DNA of 64,000 nucleotides from Spironucleus salmonicida (Eukaryota): NCBI RefSeq assembly GCF_000497125.1, contig NC_090599.1, positions 992,001 to 1,056,000 of the forward strand, read 5' to 3'. Shown piece by piece: positions 63,620 to 64,000 of this stretch (position 1 is its first letter; each line of letters starts with the position of its first letter). The notes under the pieces were generated by a model. It saw only the letters and a program-made list of their open reading frames with translations, ran no database searches and was not told where the DNA came from. The position numbers and the translations under genes were made by a program.

Positions 63620-64000
63620 TCATTCGTCGCTGTGGCTAAAGCTGCGGCTGTGGAGTCCACTGAGCTCCCCAGCTAGCATCTATTTTTCGTGTATTTCACC
63701 CATAAGATGCTGTATTTCGGTCTGGTATGCTCCCTTCTTCTCATCGAGTGTCTGTTGCTTCCTGATGATCAACTCCTCGATCTTGGCAATTTGGCTTGCC
63801 TCGCGCTACTTCTGATCGGATAGTAGGAACTGGGCCTCGGAGATCTCCTGGATCAGCTTCTACTCGATCATCTGGGTGTCCTCTTGGTTATAGATCGAAA
63901 GTGAGAGGTCAGTCAGCTTCTTCTTTAGGAACGAAATTTCCGTTTTTGCAGTCTCATGAATTCTGTCGATTTCAGCCTGAATTTGAGACAGTTTCAATGT
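63620..64000 (-). CDS. 3' end of a coiled-coil protein (partial)
   Basis: E/K/Q-rich heptad frame entering from the window edge, TGA at 63620-22. Confidence 0.75.

Noticed and set aside
1-64000. CRISPR array, transposase/RT genes, rRNA or spliceosomal introns
   Set aside because: No spaced direct repeats, transposase/RT motifs or rRNA were recognised, and the called genes read continuously without needing introns.

Overview
This is eukaryotic, gene-dense DNA with no introns detected, from a hexamitid diplomonad, most likely Spironucleus (S. salmonicida-like). TAA and TAG are read as Gln and TGA is the only stop, so the supplied standard-code ORF track breaks nearly every real gene into pieces. 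Re-read in that code, the window holds about 30 CDSs. These include two divergent cysteine-rich membrane proteins, CMS1, IFT122, a Vps46/CHMP1-type Snf7 protein, a Swi3/Tipin-like protein, axonemal dynein IC2, RNA pol III RPC3, adenylate kinase, a HAD hydrolase, a Myb protein and a WD40/EF-hand protein. There are also two intact tRNA-Glu(TTC), one decayed tRNA-Glu and one tRNA-Leu(TAA). Top candidate for novelty: a 30-codon micro-gene (20516-20608) with an in-frame TGA at codon 3 (M-P-U-C) followed by a type II SECIS-like hairpin, i.e. a putative undescribed micro-selenoprotein. Also notable are an 8.2 kb palindrome of two convergent genes, each encoding two tandem Hsp70-like ATPase domains, with apparently identical arms but diverged C-termini, nested inside a second 2.6 kb inverted duplication; and recurring GC-rich islands across which the strand skew flips from C-rich to G-rich. 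Translations were done by eye and long ORFs were only spot-checked.
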